From Camelus ferus (lineage: Eukaryota): 64,000 nt of DNA. The notes beneath the pieces were generated by a model. The model was given only the letters and a program-made list of their open reading frames with translations, was not told the origin of the DNA and searched no databases. This document shows, piece by piece, positions 1-14,330 of this stretch. Both the position numbers and the translations under genes were made by a program. The stretch covers positions 108,750,001-108,814,000 of the forward strand of contig NC_045697.1 in the NCBI RefSeq assembly GCF_009834535.1, in the 5' to 3' direction. Position 1 is the first letter of the stretch. Every line of letters begins with the position of its first letter.

Positions 1-279
1 CTTCCTTCCTGCTGCCAGAAAGACAGCTTTGATGACTGGCGCTCCAGCAGCCATCTGGGGCCAGAGGCGACTTTGAGGATAGAATCCACGCCCCAAGGAT
101 GGAGGCTCCGAAAGATGGAGAGAGCATGGGCTCAGGTGACCATGGACTCATGATACCAGCCCCAAACTTCCTCCCCCCAGATTTCTTGTAGGTGAGAGAA
201 AAATAAACCCTTACAAATTTAAGTCTCTGTTCTTTTGGCTTTTTTACTATATGCAGGCAAACTAATTTTCATTGATACA
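1..279 (+). mobile_element. MaLR MLT1-type LTR fragment
   Basis: gcagccatct...gtgagagaaaaataaaccc...tttaag...tgataca. Confidence 0.7.
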
Positions 280-1724
280 CCTACAAACTCTTCATTCCTT
301 CTTTCTTTCTCCAGTTATATTTCCCTTAAGTTGTAGTGTTAAGTTTGCTATGTCCTGCTGGACAAACTGATGACCTGCTGGTACCTGTGAATCAATATGC
401 ACAACGCTGGATTCCTCATCATCTCTGAAAAACCATTTCTCCTGTGTTCCCCTTTGTGATAAACAGCAGTGCCAGTATTTCTATCACCAGTGTCAAAAGC
501 CTGGCATTATCCTTCATTCCTCTTAATCAGTTATCAAATCCTATAGTTTTTCCATGTGTTGAGCTAATGTTTGAAGGGTATATTATCTCAAGAGATGATT
601 GGTGTTGGGGTATGAAGGTAAGCCAAACAGATGTTTATCTGTTCTCGTGATGCTTACAATCAAGGGCAGGCATTTATCTTTTCTCACGAAGCTTATAATC
701 AAGACAGGCATTAGTTGAATAATCACATGAACAAGCAAGTGCTGCCAAAAAAAAAAAAAGATACTGAGAACACACAGTGGGGGCCTGGGTAGGCTTGGAT
801 GGAGCTGAAATTTGGAGGATGAATGGGACCTGATGGGGCAAAGAGCAGGTGTCGGGTGGCCAGGGCAGAGTTCAGGCAGAGGAAACAGCAGATGAGAAAG
901 CCGGGGGAAGGAAGGGCAAAGGAGAGTCCCTGAGTTGAAGGAAGGCTGTTGACGGAAGCACTGAGCCTGGAGGGATCCAAGAGGCAAAGGCAGGCTGCAG
1001 GTGTGTGGAGGACTTTGAGCTTCGTTCCAAGATCAACGGGAAGACGTCTGAAGGGTTTTAAGCAGCCAAGAGAAGGTGGGCAGTGACCTGAGCCTATTTG
1101 TGGTGTCCTTCCTCATTCTCTTCTCTTTTCTTAATCCCCTCTGCTCCTACATTCGTTCCCATTTCCTGAAACTCACTCTCCACGAACTGAGCATCATTTG
1201 TCCAAGTCCCAGGGCTGATCCTTTTGCCCCTGTTCTCCCAAGTCTCTGCATGAGCTCCTCGTTTTCCTGCTAAATGAAATCTAACTTCCCAGGCCAGAGT
1301 TCAAGGCCATTTTCTTGAATGACCATCTGTTAAAACCTTTCGTCCTTCAAGACTCTGCTCCAAGTCGATTCTCTCCCTGAGGTGCTGCCTGCTCTCCTCA
1401 ACGCCAAGCCATCCTTGCTCTTGTGTCTCTGAGCCCTGTATCTGTTCCCTGCCAGTCACTTGTCCCTCTCTGCATTTGGGCACGAGACTTTTCTGCCAAA
1501 ACAGCTTGATGGGAGGATACTGGCTTGCTCGCTGCCCCCGACAGGCCCCATGGTGCCCCACTTAGAGCAAGGGGCTCAGTAAATGTCAACAGAAGGAACA
1601 GATGAATGGAAGTCAAATAAGTGGGCAAACAGCATCAAGGGTCACCTTTTGCAAAATTTCTCCCTAGTCATAAAAATGGCAAGTCTACACAGTGTCCCTG
1701 GTGGATGCAAGCTGATTTTGGAAA

Positions 1725-1900
1725 CCTAGATTCAGGTCCCAGCTCCACCACATGCTACCTGTGTGACCTCATCTCTGTGTGCCTCAGTTTCCTCATCTGT
1801 AAAATGGGGGTGATAACATACCTACTTGGGGAGTTAAGTGAGTTAACTCACAGGGACACTTAGGAAAGTGCCTATTACAGAGGAAGTACTCAATAAAAGT
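1725..1900 (+). mobile_element. MIR SINE (other copies near 14380-14560, 16495-16635, 18340-18545, 28775-28990, 33980-34160, 34900-35060)
   Basis: MIR core gcctcagtttcctcatctgtaaaatggggg. Confidence 0.8.
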
Positions 1901-4499
1901 CTTCGTCATCGCCCTGTCACTCTGACTTAGAATGACTCTCAACATGTGAGCATGCCTTCTGTGACCCAGTGAACTACAAAACGGCGCCTGGGGCCAGGGC
2001 CCTGGGCAGCACGATTGCCTCCAAAGCTGTTCATCCAGGGAGCCTCTCAGCAGCTCTGCAGCTTAACAAAGTGAACCTGGCAGGTCTTTCAGCTTGTTCC
2101 ATAGACTTCCAGTTTGTGCTGTTTCAGCCTCTGGACTGTGAGCACCTTAAGGGCAGAGACCACACTAGCTTCAGCCAGCACTGTACAATCCTTAACACAC
2201 TCCAGGCTCTTACGGTTGGGAGCATTCATGTGGATCAACTCGTGTGGTTTTCCCCCAAATCTCAGGAAGCACAGAGAGGTTAAGTGACCTGCCCAGAGGC
2301 ACACAGCCAGCATTTCAACCCAGGCAGTCCAGTGCCCGGGGCTCCGGGCTTCACCACGCTCCCTCATCTCCCCTCCGCATCTCTAATGCCTGACACATAA
2401 TAGGCACTCAGTACATGTTTGCTGAATGGATGGATCTCAGTGGCATCTTCGGGGGAGCCTTCTAGTACTTTCTCTATCCAGGATTTCTGACTGGCTTCCT
2501 CTCCCACTGACCCTTCTAAGCTCTCCAGTAGCCACTGCTAAGGGCCCCTGCTCTGTTCAGGAAACACTTGTCTCCCCGCCTCTCCCCGGGTGGGGGGCGC
2601 TGCTTTAGGAAGTCACCTGGTAAAAGCCCTGATCCAAGGTCCACCCCCAGCCCTCTTCTCACTTCCTCTTTCTTAGAAAGAGATAAGAGGAGACTCCTAA
2701 GAATATGAATTGCTTTACTAGGCTCGTGAAATTAAGAATGATTTGGGCGGGGTGGGGTAGGGGGGTGGGCAGGGAGGAGGATTTCAACCAGACTGTATTT
2801 TCAATAACTTTTTACTCTTATCAAAGTTGTGTGTATTCATTGTAGAAACTTAGGCAGCTACCAAAGCACACAACAAAGAGAATTTTAAATGGAGAATATT
2901 TTTGCTCTTTATTCAAAATCTTCTTTAATGTTAAATGATCCCTCGAGCAAGAAAATGAAAAGAACCCAAGTGATTAGATACGATGCATCACGGGGCAAGA
3001 AGATCTTGCCCATTCTGCCTTATTCTTGTTTAGCATCTCAGAGACTTGACAACCACCTTAATAACCCCTCCGCTCCTGTCCTGAACGGTGGCTTCCTCCA
3101 CAAGCTATACGCAGAGTTCCAAAAACTACCCTGCTTCTCCCATAGTCTCTGAAGAGACAGGGGCAAACTGTCTGGGTTACAGGAGTGCGTGTAGAAAAAT
3201 CTAGGTACTCCACACTATACAGCAAGTCTTTGAGGGCCTCTTACCTTTTTTTTCAGTATCCTTTCTCCTACCCACAAAAATGGTCCTGGTCACAAACACC
3301 TAAATATATTCAGTCAGTTTTGCAACTAAGATTCAAAAGATATATATGCTGTAAGAATATTAGACCTAAAATTCAGACTCTTCTAGGTTTGGGGTCTTAA
3401 TATTTCTGCTTTGGAAAGCTTACCCATTCTATTATTTTTTTAAACTTCTGTTACAAAAGTTATGGATATTTACGGCAGAATATTTGGGAAATATTTAAAA
3501 TGCACAGAAGGCTGGCAAACCATCCGTAAATCCACCATCCAGAGGACCAGGCCAGTTCTGGAGCTCTGACTCCTTGAATGCGGGTAAGTGAGTGGAAGAG
3601 GAATGAGAAACACATCTAATGGAGAGTAACTGTGTCCTTGGCTGGTCCCAAATGCCCTGCTTCCAGTCATAGCACTCTGATTCCCCTTGGAAACTGCTTC
3701 CCACTGCATCCTCTTCTCCACAACCAACCAACCAACTAATCAATTACCCATCAACACAACCAATCAACCAGTACCTATAGCACGTGTGTGCACACATGCG
3801 CACACTTTCACCTGCGGCCGTAGAAAGAGATGTCCATCCCAGTCAGTCCCAATCCCCATTTGTCACAAGGTTAGACATAAAACCCGGGGAGTCAGATTTG
3901 TTCTGGGGGATTTTTGTAAATTTGAGGCAAGGGAAGAGATTCCCTTCTGCTCTGATGGTTAAGATAGAAAGATGAGCTCCCTGGAGCTACCAGCTGCCAT
4001 TGTTACAGCCCCATGGAGAAAGGTGGTCCCAGAATGAAGGAAAGACAGAAAACTGAAGAAGCCTTGTGTCTGAGTCCCTGTGGCTCCAGCTACATCCAGT
4101 ACTGGCTGTCTTCCTGCCATTCCCAATTTGGGTCCACGAGTTCATAATCGGTTACAGATGACTGATTATCTACTATTTGGGATACAGAGATGCCTAAGAC
4201 TTTTTCATCCCTATCCTCAAGGTGCTCACAACCAATCTTATGTACTGAGAGTATTCATAAATGTCTGTGTCTGACCCACCCACAGCCTCTTCTGGGCTGT
4301 GGCTCATGCCTCATGCTTCATGAAGTGGGTGAAACCAGTTCTACTACCTGCCCAAAATGACCAGACCAGGGATGTACGTCTAAGCCAAAGACAATCATAG
4401 AAGCACTGGACCCAGGGATGTCATATGTTCCTTAGGACACTTGATGTGAGTTTCCCTAACATATTTTCTCTGTGTTGCTTAGGGCTACATCAATTTCAG

Positions 4500-5026
4500 C
4501 AGATCATATTTTCCAGAGATGCCTGCAACACATCTCTTATCTCACTTGTCTTCTCACAATGTGACCTTGACACTGCTCCCGTTGTACAGCCTCTCCACCT
4601 TGAACTCTGTGACTGTCTCAAAAAACAGAGTAAGGCAGAAGTGATGGGATATAGTGTCTGCATCCAGCTTACAAAAATACCATGTACTTCCCCTTTGTTC
4701 TCTTGGGACACTTGCTCTTGGAACCCAGCTTCCAGGCTGTGTGGGAGCCTAAGAAGTCTATGGAGAGCCCCACATTGGGAACCAAGGCCCCTGGCCCTTG
4801 GACCTGTCTGGGCTCCAATACAACAGCCGGTACCAACTTGCCAGCCGTGTGAGCAACCACGTGACAGTGGAGCCTCAGCCTCAGCTGATGCCACATGGAA
4901 CAGAGATAAGCCATTCTCACTAAATATTACCCAAATTGAAAACTTAGGAACAAAATTAATGAATGCTGCTGTTTTAAGCTACTATGTTTTGAGGTGGTTT
5001 GCTAGGTACAATAGATGGCCAAAGCA
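4500..5026 (+). mobile_element. MaLR MLT1-type LTR
   Basis: gcagaagtgatg...cttgctcttggaacccagc...tgctgttttaagctactatgttttgaggtggtttgcta. Confidence 0.75.
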
Positions 5027-6897
5027 CCGATTCAACCAGGTTTTCTCTCTTGGAAAGTAAAATGCATCCACAGATGGGCCCCTTGAACCCTCAACAATGC
5101 TCTGCTTCCTGTTCCACACAAGCCTTCTGTACAGGCTGGCATGACTGTGCCTGGGACAGAGGTGATATTTCAGGCTATTTAAATTTAAATATTTAAATTC
5201 TTTCAGATTCTAGCACTGGCGCCTGTTCTTGAGGGTATCTGGGCATCTCTCTATCGCAGCCCTTCAAGAACACCACTGCCATCCTGTTGACTTCAGCTCC
5301 AGCAAGTGGGAATTTAATTTTTCCCCCTGGGTAACCAAACCTTTACCAGTACTCAGGTCCAGAAACCAGGTTTTTTTTTTTTTTTTCTTTTTCACCCCTC
5401 TTCTAAGCCCTGGCATTTTTTCTCAGCATGATACACCATTTCTACTGGCTCTGGGGTCCCGCCCTCACTGCAATCCTGCAGCTTCTGTTACTTCTTATCT
5501 CAGGGGGTGTCCACCTTCAGGCCTCCTTGACAATGACTGACATCTTCTAAACCGTTTTCCTATTGCTTGTTAATGGGAGGCAGTGTCCTATAGCGTCTGA
5601 AGCATGTGCTTTGCCGTTGGGGAGACATGGGAAGAGTTTATAAGTTCTCTAAGCCTAACTTAAAAGCATATCAGGAGCGTTAACATGAGATGCTGTATTA
5701 AGTGTAGCACCTTATGGCCAGGATTGCTACTCCATCAAATAGCCAATATTCTGTTGCTTGGAGAAACAGAACCCTCACCGGTGGGTGTGACAGGTACCAA
5801 CCATAGAGACTACAGTTCCCTGCTGCCTTCCAGAAAGGTTGGCCAGCAAGATGAGGGGCTTCACTGGGCTGGTGGGGAAGTGGCTGACCTAGTTTGGAGG
5901 CTCCCCTCTCCACTGGTTCCCACACTCCCCTTCTTGTGAATACCATGCTGGAGCTGGACCAACCACCTTGGATCAAGCAGCCCCGCGGACGGAAGCTCTG
6001 CACCACTGGACATGCGGGAGGGTCAGCAGGAGCCGGGGTCCCACATGACCACGGAGTTACCATACCAGCTTACCTCTGTCCTCCTTCATATGCGAGAAAA
6101 AACCAATCTTGTTAAAAAACAATTTTATGTTGTCTCTAGCATTAGAGGCTGAACTGAATTCTTAACCGATACACATAATAAATGCTAGTTGGATTATCAT
6201 TCTCACTTAGCATCGTCTCCCTACCTCTGGGAAATTGTGTGAGCTCTGGGGCCAAGTCAGCTCCAGGCTGAGCTGTCCCACCACTTTAATTGCTCAGTCA
6301 TCCCAGTTAGAATAGAAAGGAAATACCCAATGTAACAGACCGTAGAGGCTTAGTGATGCCACGACCGACCAGGTTTTACTTTAGTTGGGGCCGTGAGGAG
6401 TCTTCTGCTCATCGTTTGTCAATGTAGTGATTAGTTTTTGTGACCTGCAAGAATGCATCCTAGTTGAAGGAATTCTTCATGTTATCTACATGTTATGAAC
6501 CTGCCAGTCAGCCTTGTTCTAACTGCTATAATGTCAAGGTGTGGAAAATGAGATTAGAATTAAAGGCATAAAGAAAAGCGAGTAATCAAGAAAAAGAGAA
6601 GGTTTAATCTCTAAGATTTTTCCATTTTTACTAAAAATATTTTTTAAAATTATATTCCCATAGACAATTAAAATTTCATTCTTCAATTTAAAAATATTTT
6701 GTCAGAAGGGAAAAAGACAAGAGTGTGTAATAGTGTCTTTTAGGTAGGCAGATAATCCACTTAATTTTTAGTCTGGACAATTTTGTATAAAGCTGGTTCA
6801 ATTCTATTAAGAACTTTTTGAATTGACATTGTTTTATTTTAAAGAGGTATATGGATCAAGAATGCAGTTATGAAGGTTAACAATCCTTCCTTTTAAA

Positions 6898-7026
6898 TTT
6901 GTTTTTTTGGGGGAAGTAATTAGGCTTATTTGTTTATCTTTTTATTTTTAGAGGAGGTACTAGGAATTAAACCCACAACCTCGTGCATGCTAAGCACATG
7001 CTCTGCCACGGAGCTACACCTTCCCC
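6898..7026 (-). mobile_element. tRNA-derived SINE (camelid vic-1-like)
   Basis: Degenerate A/B-box head, CCTAATTAC body and A tail. Flanking direct repeat aatccttc(c)ttttaaa. Confidence 0.85.
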
Positions 7027-9094
7027 TGCAATAATCCTTCTTTTAAAGAGTCATGGAAGTTAAGTTAAAAGGATTTTTCCTTTATAAAAATGCATAATTC
7101 ACTTCTTTACTGTTAGTCATCAACATTTTAGTAAACAAGTCTCTTATTTTCAAATAAATGTTTATTCTAAATATTGGCAGACATTAATTATGCAGAAATT
7201 AATGTGGAAGATATTCTTTCCTCCTATCTTGTAGTGCTTTTTCAATTAAATTTAGGGTGCTTTTCAATCTATCACTGCTGAATGGGCAAGCTGGCACGCA
7301 AATTTTTATATACTTCTTTATTTTTATTAAAAAAAAAAACTCTGCAGAAGAGAATAGAATAATCTATAGCTTTATATATATATATACCTGACATTTATAA
7401 AGCCAAAGTCATAAAGAAAAAATAGTATTATATATATTATTCTCAGCATAGAAGGTAGGAGAAAAAATCTGAAATCAGTCTTAAAATCAGTCTTAAAACT
7501 TCGACAGTTTGCAAATCAGTTCTAATCAGTAGCAATGAGACCATTTTTTATGAGGCTTACTTATGTTGCTGGGACAAAAGCCAAGTGATAAAAATGACAT
7601 CTGATGATCTCACCGACACCCTGAGGAAATACTTGACATTGCTTGTAAAATGAGAGCATCTAACCCAGTGTTTTTTATACATTAATCTCACTTTCAACTT
7701 TAAAAGCAAAATACACACATACTAAATTATTACTGACCTATCAGATTATTTTTAACTTGTTAAATAACTACAATTCCTGCTCTTTTGAAAGATGACATTT
7801 ATTATACATGCAGTTTTCATATGTTCCATATGTTGTTTATAATTTCAGGGGTTTCCCCTAAAGTGGAGTAATTCAGTGATTGCTCTCAACTGATCTTTAT
7901 ACTGGAAAAGATATTGCTCACTGTTCATAGTATCTAGAGATCATTAATTTGGTCCTTTCCATGCAGACCAAAGAAGTGAAAAATGCAAAGAATAAGCTTT
8001 TTGTAAAAAGCCCAATTATTTATTTACAACGTACCAAAGACCTGTGATGGGAGCTAAGGAGGATGATTGACGGAGCCCTCTACGCCTGGAGTCCAACTGC
8101 AAAAGGATGTCCTCCACCTGTGGTTGTCCTTAAATAGTTCAACATGTATTTCTAATCCTAATTAGAATTAATCTAATTCAATAATTTTTAATGAAATTAG
8201 AGTCTTCATGTTATTGTAAGCACGTTGGGTTAAGAATTTAACTTCTTAAAATATTATTTCAAAAAGGGTGCAGAGAATCTCTAGAGTTGATTTTTAAAGT
8301 TTTATTTTATGTAATTGTACGGATTAGCTGTCTCATGAACATGACATATTATTTAGTAAAGGTAACAGGGCAAAAAGCAAAACAAATAAAAAAAAAAACC
8401 CACCAGATATCTACAAATAACCATCCCCAAAAGGACTAAGAGGAAAATAAAATTGGGGTGCCAGACAAGACAGTATCAAGGCCAACGTCTAAGAGCTGTT
8501 CAAAAAAAATAATTCAGGCAATTGGCTGTTCGGGTTATGCAATTATTAATAACCAATTTGACTGTGTCCACTTCACACTAAAATGCAGTGATCTTCTGGT
8601 TATTGTAAGATTTATGAAATGTAATCTAGGAATAAGCTACTCTGGACTGCTTATGGCAGATATTAAATGGAAACCCCAGAATTCATCCTGAGTGGGAAAA
8701 AGCAGCATGTGTAAAATTAATTCAGGAGGAAAATGTCAATGTTTTCCCCGCGATGAGAGTTTCAGCCGTGTCTTCCCAGTGTGAAGCCACATCTTATCAC
8801 TCCGCTATATTCAGAATTTGTACTAATTCTAACAGAAGCTGAAATTAATGTCTACACTTTATGTTTACTCAACATAAGGGCCTTCTCCCAGAGACGGTGA
8901 AAACTGATAGTTTAAATAACCAAAATAAAAGAATGGACAAAAGCATTTTTAAAGCGCCCATTTACATGGCTAGAGCCACGAGGGTGATCAAAAGCAGCAG
9001 TCACCCTGTGGATATCAAGGTTGATCCATGTCGCGTGCTCGGTGTGCGGAAAACACTGACCTTCCCAGAGAGAGGAGTCACATCACTGAGTTAA

Positions 9095-11475
9095 GACGGA
9101 TATTTTCACACCTTTATTAAAACAAGTTTCCTGAGGAGTTCAACTAGGCAACGTTGTAACCTAGTTTGCTTAATAGGTACAAAAATGCAATAAAACCTTA
9201 CACATCTTTAAAATATTCTACAGTCAGACTTTGCTCTGATTGGCTACCCAATCAGGGCAAATGATTAAGATTTTTACTAACCATAGTCTGAAACATAAAA
9301 GTTAAGTTTGGGTTTAAAAACAATTCTCAGAATGACCATAAATCTATGATGCCTCTTGATCAGATAGTAATAAAAGGACAGAGTGCTAGTATTGCCCCTC
9401 GACTGTTCTGACCCACACAAATGTTATATATCTTGCCAGAATAAAATCCTTTTTTAAAGTGCCTTGCACAGGGTGCCATTATAAAGGTTAGTACATTTTT
9501 CAGATATAAACTCAGTGACGTTTGCTGAAGCTTACTTCTTGTGGAAATTGAAGTTACCTTAAATACTAAATGAGACCGCTTTTATCATATCATGAAATAT
9601 CACTTGATCAAAGTGAGATTCCAAGAACACACATACGTCTCTGAACTGCTGAAGTCCATTACTCAACAGGGTTGGGTGATGTCTACAGACCTAAGTGCTG
9701 GATTAAAATCTTAAGAAACCAAGAGAAGGAAGAGACTCTTCTGAGAGTCAAAATGTTGATGAGACGCAAACTTGAAGTAACAAAACAGGCAGACAGGATG
9801 ATGTGGAAAATGGCCATTTTGGCATAGGCAGCTGAGAGTCACCGTGGACCACAAGTTGAATGTGAATATGCCAAAGAACAAAGAAAGCAAAAATGCCATA
9901 TTAGGATGTGCTGCTGAGAATACAGCAGACAACTCTGTTGAGGTTATATACCAAGAAGCCTGTCTTTTGCCAAAGCTCTGCGCAGTCCCAGGATGACACA
10001 ATAGCAATGGTTAAACACAATCCGATGGTTCTCTCATTGGGGTGGAAAGACCTCCCTGGCTTGGAACTCTGCCTTTAAAATTATGGGCATCGTTCAGAAG
10101 GCCAGTGCTGGTGAAGGAATTCTGAAAAGCCGGAGGACGGTTTTCATTATGCATTAAGGCAGCCTCTCAAACACAAGACCCCGAATCCAGCAGCAAATGT
10201 TTGGTGAACCTCAACCCCTCCCCTCCCCCCCACCTTCAGTTCATATGTGAGGCATAAAATAAAGTTTCCATTCTCGGTTTCTTTTCTGGAATAAAATACC
10301 AGGTGCCGTGGAGGAGCTGAGGACTCCCAATTTGCAAGATTGCTTTAAAGGTCAGAATTGGAAAATTAAGGATTAAATGGAGATTGATTTTGCGTGTGTT
10401 GGAGTGATAAACAGGGCCCTTCTGCATTTTGCTCCATTGCTTTTAGCACAAGGATGTCAACAAAAATCACAGAGAATGTCATCTCTGCGGGGCCGTTGGT
10501 GGCCCCCTGGGGAGCTGTGTTGAGAACACGGGGAAGGGGGGCCTGTCCCAGCCGGTGGGAAAGACCGTGGGCCCGAGGAGGGGTAACTGCCACTGGCACA
10601 GAGAGATCCTGTACCTGTTTTATTTGTTCCCCATGACCCTAAAAACCTCAGAGACACAGAAGATACCTGAGGAGGCCCACGTGCACACACCCTACACCAA
10701 CGCATCACATGTGAGGGAGGTGTGGCGACGACAGCTGTGGGGAATTGGGAACAGGGAGCTGATTTTAGCTGAGAAGGAAGACAGTTGCTCTTTCATTGAA
10801 CATTCCTGTTCCTCCATCACCCGGCCTCTAGGGGTCCACAAGTCACCAGACGACATCCCCTCAGGACGGTGGGCTCTTTCCCTGTGTCTCCTTGGCAGGC
10901 AGACCTGAGCTCACCAACCCCCTGGGCTGGGGGATACATTGAAAGACTTGCTTTGCTGGCTGCCTTTTCCAAGGCATAACTCCCCTTGAGAAAAGTTCCT
11001 GTGAACGTCAATGACCCATCCGAGGACTTGACTAATCAGAAGAAATAATCCAAAGCTAGTTTAGGTCATCAGGTGACCCAGAAGGAAACCAGAGATAAGA
11101 CAGCTGCCTGATTCACACCCTAAGGAATGAAGCAGAAAGGTAACCAGGACTTAGCGTGGCCAGGATGAAGGGACAGTTAGCTGAGGTTGGCTGAGCAGAG
11201 GGAACAGCCCCTGAGGGAAGGTGCCTGCATCTTACGACTCTTCCGCCCTCAGTGATGGATGGCATCTGGCCTTGGCCTAGGATTTCCGAACCATGCCTGC
11301 TTCCAAGTACAGGTGATGCACTGGGCATTGGAAGAAACAGCAGAAAGTTCTTCTGTTTACGTTGATTGGAAATTAATTAAATTTGTATCCTCTTCATCCT
11401 CTGTTGACAAGCCCAGCAGGCTTCCAGACTTCCTCCGGGGCTGCTTCTCTTGGAAAACGTTAGTACCATTCAGTT
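9095..11475 (-). other. TMEM154: TMEM154 3' UTR (about 2.4 kb to the candidate poly(A) site; may extend further toward ~6.2 kb)
   Basis: Repeat-poor sequence after the stop codon. AUUUA near 11376-11385. AATAAA at 10619-10624 and 9113-9118. Confidence 0.6.
9113..9118 (-). terminator. Candidate main polyadenylation signal AATAAA
   Basis: Plus-strand tttatt. The minus strand reads AATAAAggtgtgaaaatatccgtcttaac...gatgtgactcctctc. Confidence 0.5.
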
Positions 11476-11491
11476 TTAGGATTCAGCATCA
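11476..11491 (-). CDS. TMEM154: TMEM154 exon 7 coding part (SDAES*)
   Basis: Acceptor tttttttttacag|TGATGCTGAATCCTAA with an in-frame TAA. The following sequence resembles my recollection of the mammalian TMEM154 3' UTR. Confidence 0.9.
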
Positions 11492-12769
11492 CTGTAAAAA
11501 AAAAAACAAAAAACCAAAACAGAACAATAGTATATATTTCCAGAAGCAACTGAGAGCTGGTCACTCCGCTGTGGGGGTGACTCAAGAGAGCATGAACGAT
11601 CAGGAAGCCAACAGCGCCCAGGTTACAATTTCCAAAACAAAGGTCGGCTTGGATTTTATATTTGATCCCTGAGGAGGAAATCCAGGAAAGCCAAGAAATA
11701 ATCCTTCACTCTTGTTCTCAGCTCCCTCCCCAGGGCTGACATGGAGAGAACCAGATGGAGCTGAGATTCCTCCTTTCATTAAATCTAATCCCATTCTCTG
11801 TGAAATAGATGCCAGGCTGCCTTTTTTTCCCCTTTTTAAAAAATTTCCATGGATTATTTTCTCTCAGGAGTTTGTGGTCCTGGCATGTTGTCAAAAGCAC
11901 ATTTTGTTCATATCCACAAAAGGATCAGAGGTGCCTACTCAGTGTCATTTAGAATTCGGTCCCCAGGCATCTCGGGGTGTGAGCAGACAGAAATTATGGA
12001 CATGGTATTTGGACAGAACCATGCTGGCTGGCTAATTTCTGCTTTCGTTTCTAACTTGGCTATCAGGGCCGCATATCTGGCTCTGCGGTTTCTTCCCCAG
12101 TGAGACCATGCCTCCTCTTAAGTCTCCAGGAAAGCTGACCACTCGACACCCCCCACCTGCCCGCCACCCCACGGGGGCTTCTGTTTTTAGTTTTATGTCC
12201 CTTCACCCAAGTTCTAGGATGTCTCTCCTTCAAGTGATCTCTGTCTCTGAGTAAGTGCTCGCCCGCTCAGTGAAACACTAGGTGTTTCCAGAAGGACTCG
12301 GAAGCAACTTACTAGCTAGTTAGCTAGACATTGTGTGTTTATGTGTCTGTGTTGTAAAGATGGGGAGGAAGCTGTGACACAGAGGGCCAGTCAACGGGGA
12401 AGAAGGAAGAAGGCAAATGTGGACAAAGGACAACTTCTGCAGCAACACTTACTCAGTGGAAACCTGTTTGAAAATTAAGACATCCTTTATCTGAAAAGTA
12501 GACGTAACAACCCAATTCACTTCAGTTCAACTCTTAAACTGGGCTAGGAGGCTTCATCTCTTGGAAATTGGGTGGTAGCAAAATAATATTTCCACAATCC
12601 AGGAGTTCATCTCTACAGAGCATAAGTCTCTGAATTGCATGTTTTCCTTTTGTGGCCTTATCTTGACATTTCCGCTACTCCAAGCCGACTAAAATACAAG
12701 GCAGAGTGGCAAGTGGACTTTTGTCCACAACCCTGATCTGTGTCTAGCAGTTGTAACAGAAGTGAGTTT

Positions 12770-14330
12770 TAAAATTAATTATGATAAAAGCCAATCCATA
12801 TTCGTTGTTGAAAAAATAGAAAATACAAACAAGCAAAACAAAACTATTAACAGTCTCACTACAAGTTAATATTTTGGTATTTATTCCCCCAAACTTTTTT
12901 TCCTGCAATAATGATACGTATTCTTTCTGTATAAAGATGGAATCATCTTATGTGTATAGTGCTATAACCTGTTTTTCTTATTCTCATTCATATAGAGACA
13001 TCTTTTCTTGTTAATAAATATACCGTATCTTTCTAGTATAGCATTCCATTGTCTCACTAGACCAAAAAAAATTTCTTTTTTAGCCACATCCTTGTTAAAC
13101 ATTTAGGCTATTTCCAATTTAAAATTTCTATTTATTATAAAAATTGCTACATCTTTGCATGCTTCCAGGTCTTACCTTTACATAAGTATCTAGAAAAGGA
13201 ATTGCTGGGTTAAAATACATGTAGTTTTAAAGCTGGGCCAGTCAAATGTCAAATTACCCCCCTTCCCTAGAAATTTTCTGAAATTTACTTCTCCAGACAC
13301 TTTCCTTCAGGGAAATATCCTTTCCCCCACATCCTGTCTAATACTGGATATTACTATTTTCAGTTTTTGTAAATTCAATAGGTGAAAATAATATTTACCT
13401 TAACTTTTTCTTTGGTTATTTTTTACTGTTGTTACCTAGGAAGACTGAAGTTTTTTTCCAAGCTCTATCGGTAATTAAAATTTCTTCTTTTGCTGATTTG
13501 CTTATTAATATTCTTTGTTCATATTTAAAAGGGGACAATTATCTTGTTTATTGATTTGTGTATTAAGAATAATTTTTTTGTTCATCGTTCATATTGTACA
13601 TACTTTCTCCCAGTTTGTCATTTTCCTCCTCATTTTATTTACTGTATTTTTTGAAGTACAGAAAACTTGAGTTTTTAATGTTGTCTACCCTTTTCTGACG
13701 TGGTTTTTGACTGTGTGTCATGCTTTTAAACCAGTCCTCACCTTAAATTTATAATATTGATCTATATTTTTCCTTTCTTTTTCACGTTTAAACTTATCTG
13801 GAGTCTATTTTAATCTGAAGTGTCGGGTAGAGTTTTAAATTTTCCCTCCAAATGTTAGTTGGTAAGACTATTGAATAATCTACTTGCTATGAATTGCTAC
13901 TTTTATAATATATTAAATGTTTAATATACTTGAGTCTGTTTTGAATATTCTATTCTGTTTCACTAATATTTCTTATTTGGTTCTAGATGTACCCAGTTTT
14001 AATTATTGGAGCATGTTTCCTGCTAACTCCCTCTCCCCTGCCCCCCCACAACTGTTCTTTTCCCTTCTTTTAGAAATACCCTATTTGTGCAGTTCTTCTT
14101 CTAGATGAAATGTTCATTGGGATCTTTAAGAGACTGAGTTGAATTTAAAATGATCATTTTTTACACGATTGAGTCTTTCATCCAGGAATGCAGTATGTCC
14201 CTCCCCATTTGTTAAATCTGTTAGGTCCCTCAATAAAAACTTGAACAACTTCTTTTTCTGTTACCCCGAACATTTTTGATGAAGTTTAGGCCTGGGTATT
14301 TCATCATTTCTCGGGCTGTTTTTATGGTCG
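12770..14330 (-). mobile_element. Ancient L1 (L1ME-like), highly decayed
   Basis: T-rich tract with L1 remnants such as acatttaggctatttccaatt and ctagaaaaggaattgctgggttaaaa. Confidence 0.65.

Noticed and set aside
4425..5060. 211-aa plus-strand ORF
   Set aside because: Lies almost entirely within an MLT1 LTR; a chance open frame.
7472..7498. 12-bp tandem duplication aaatcagtctta x2
   Set aside because: Ordinary slippage duplication with no further structure.
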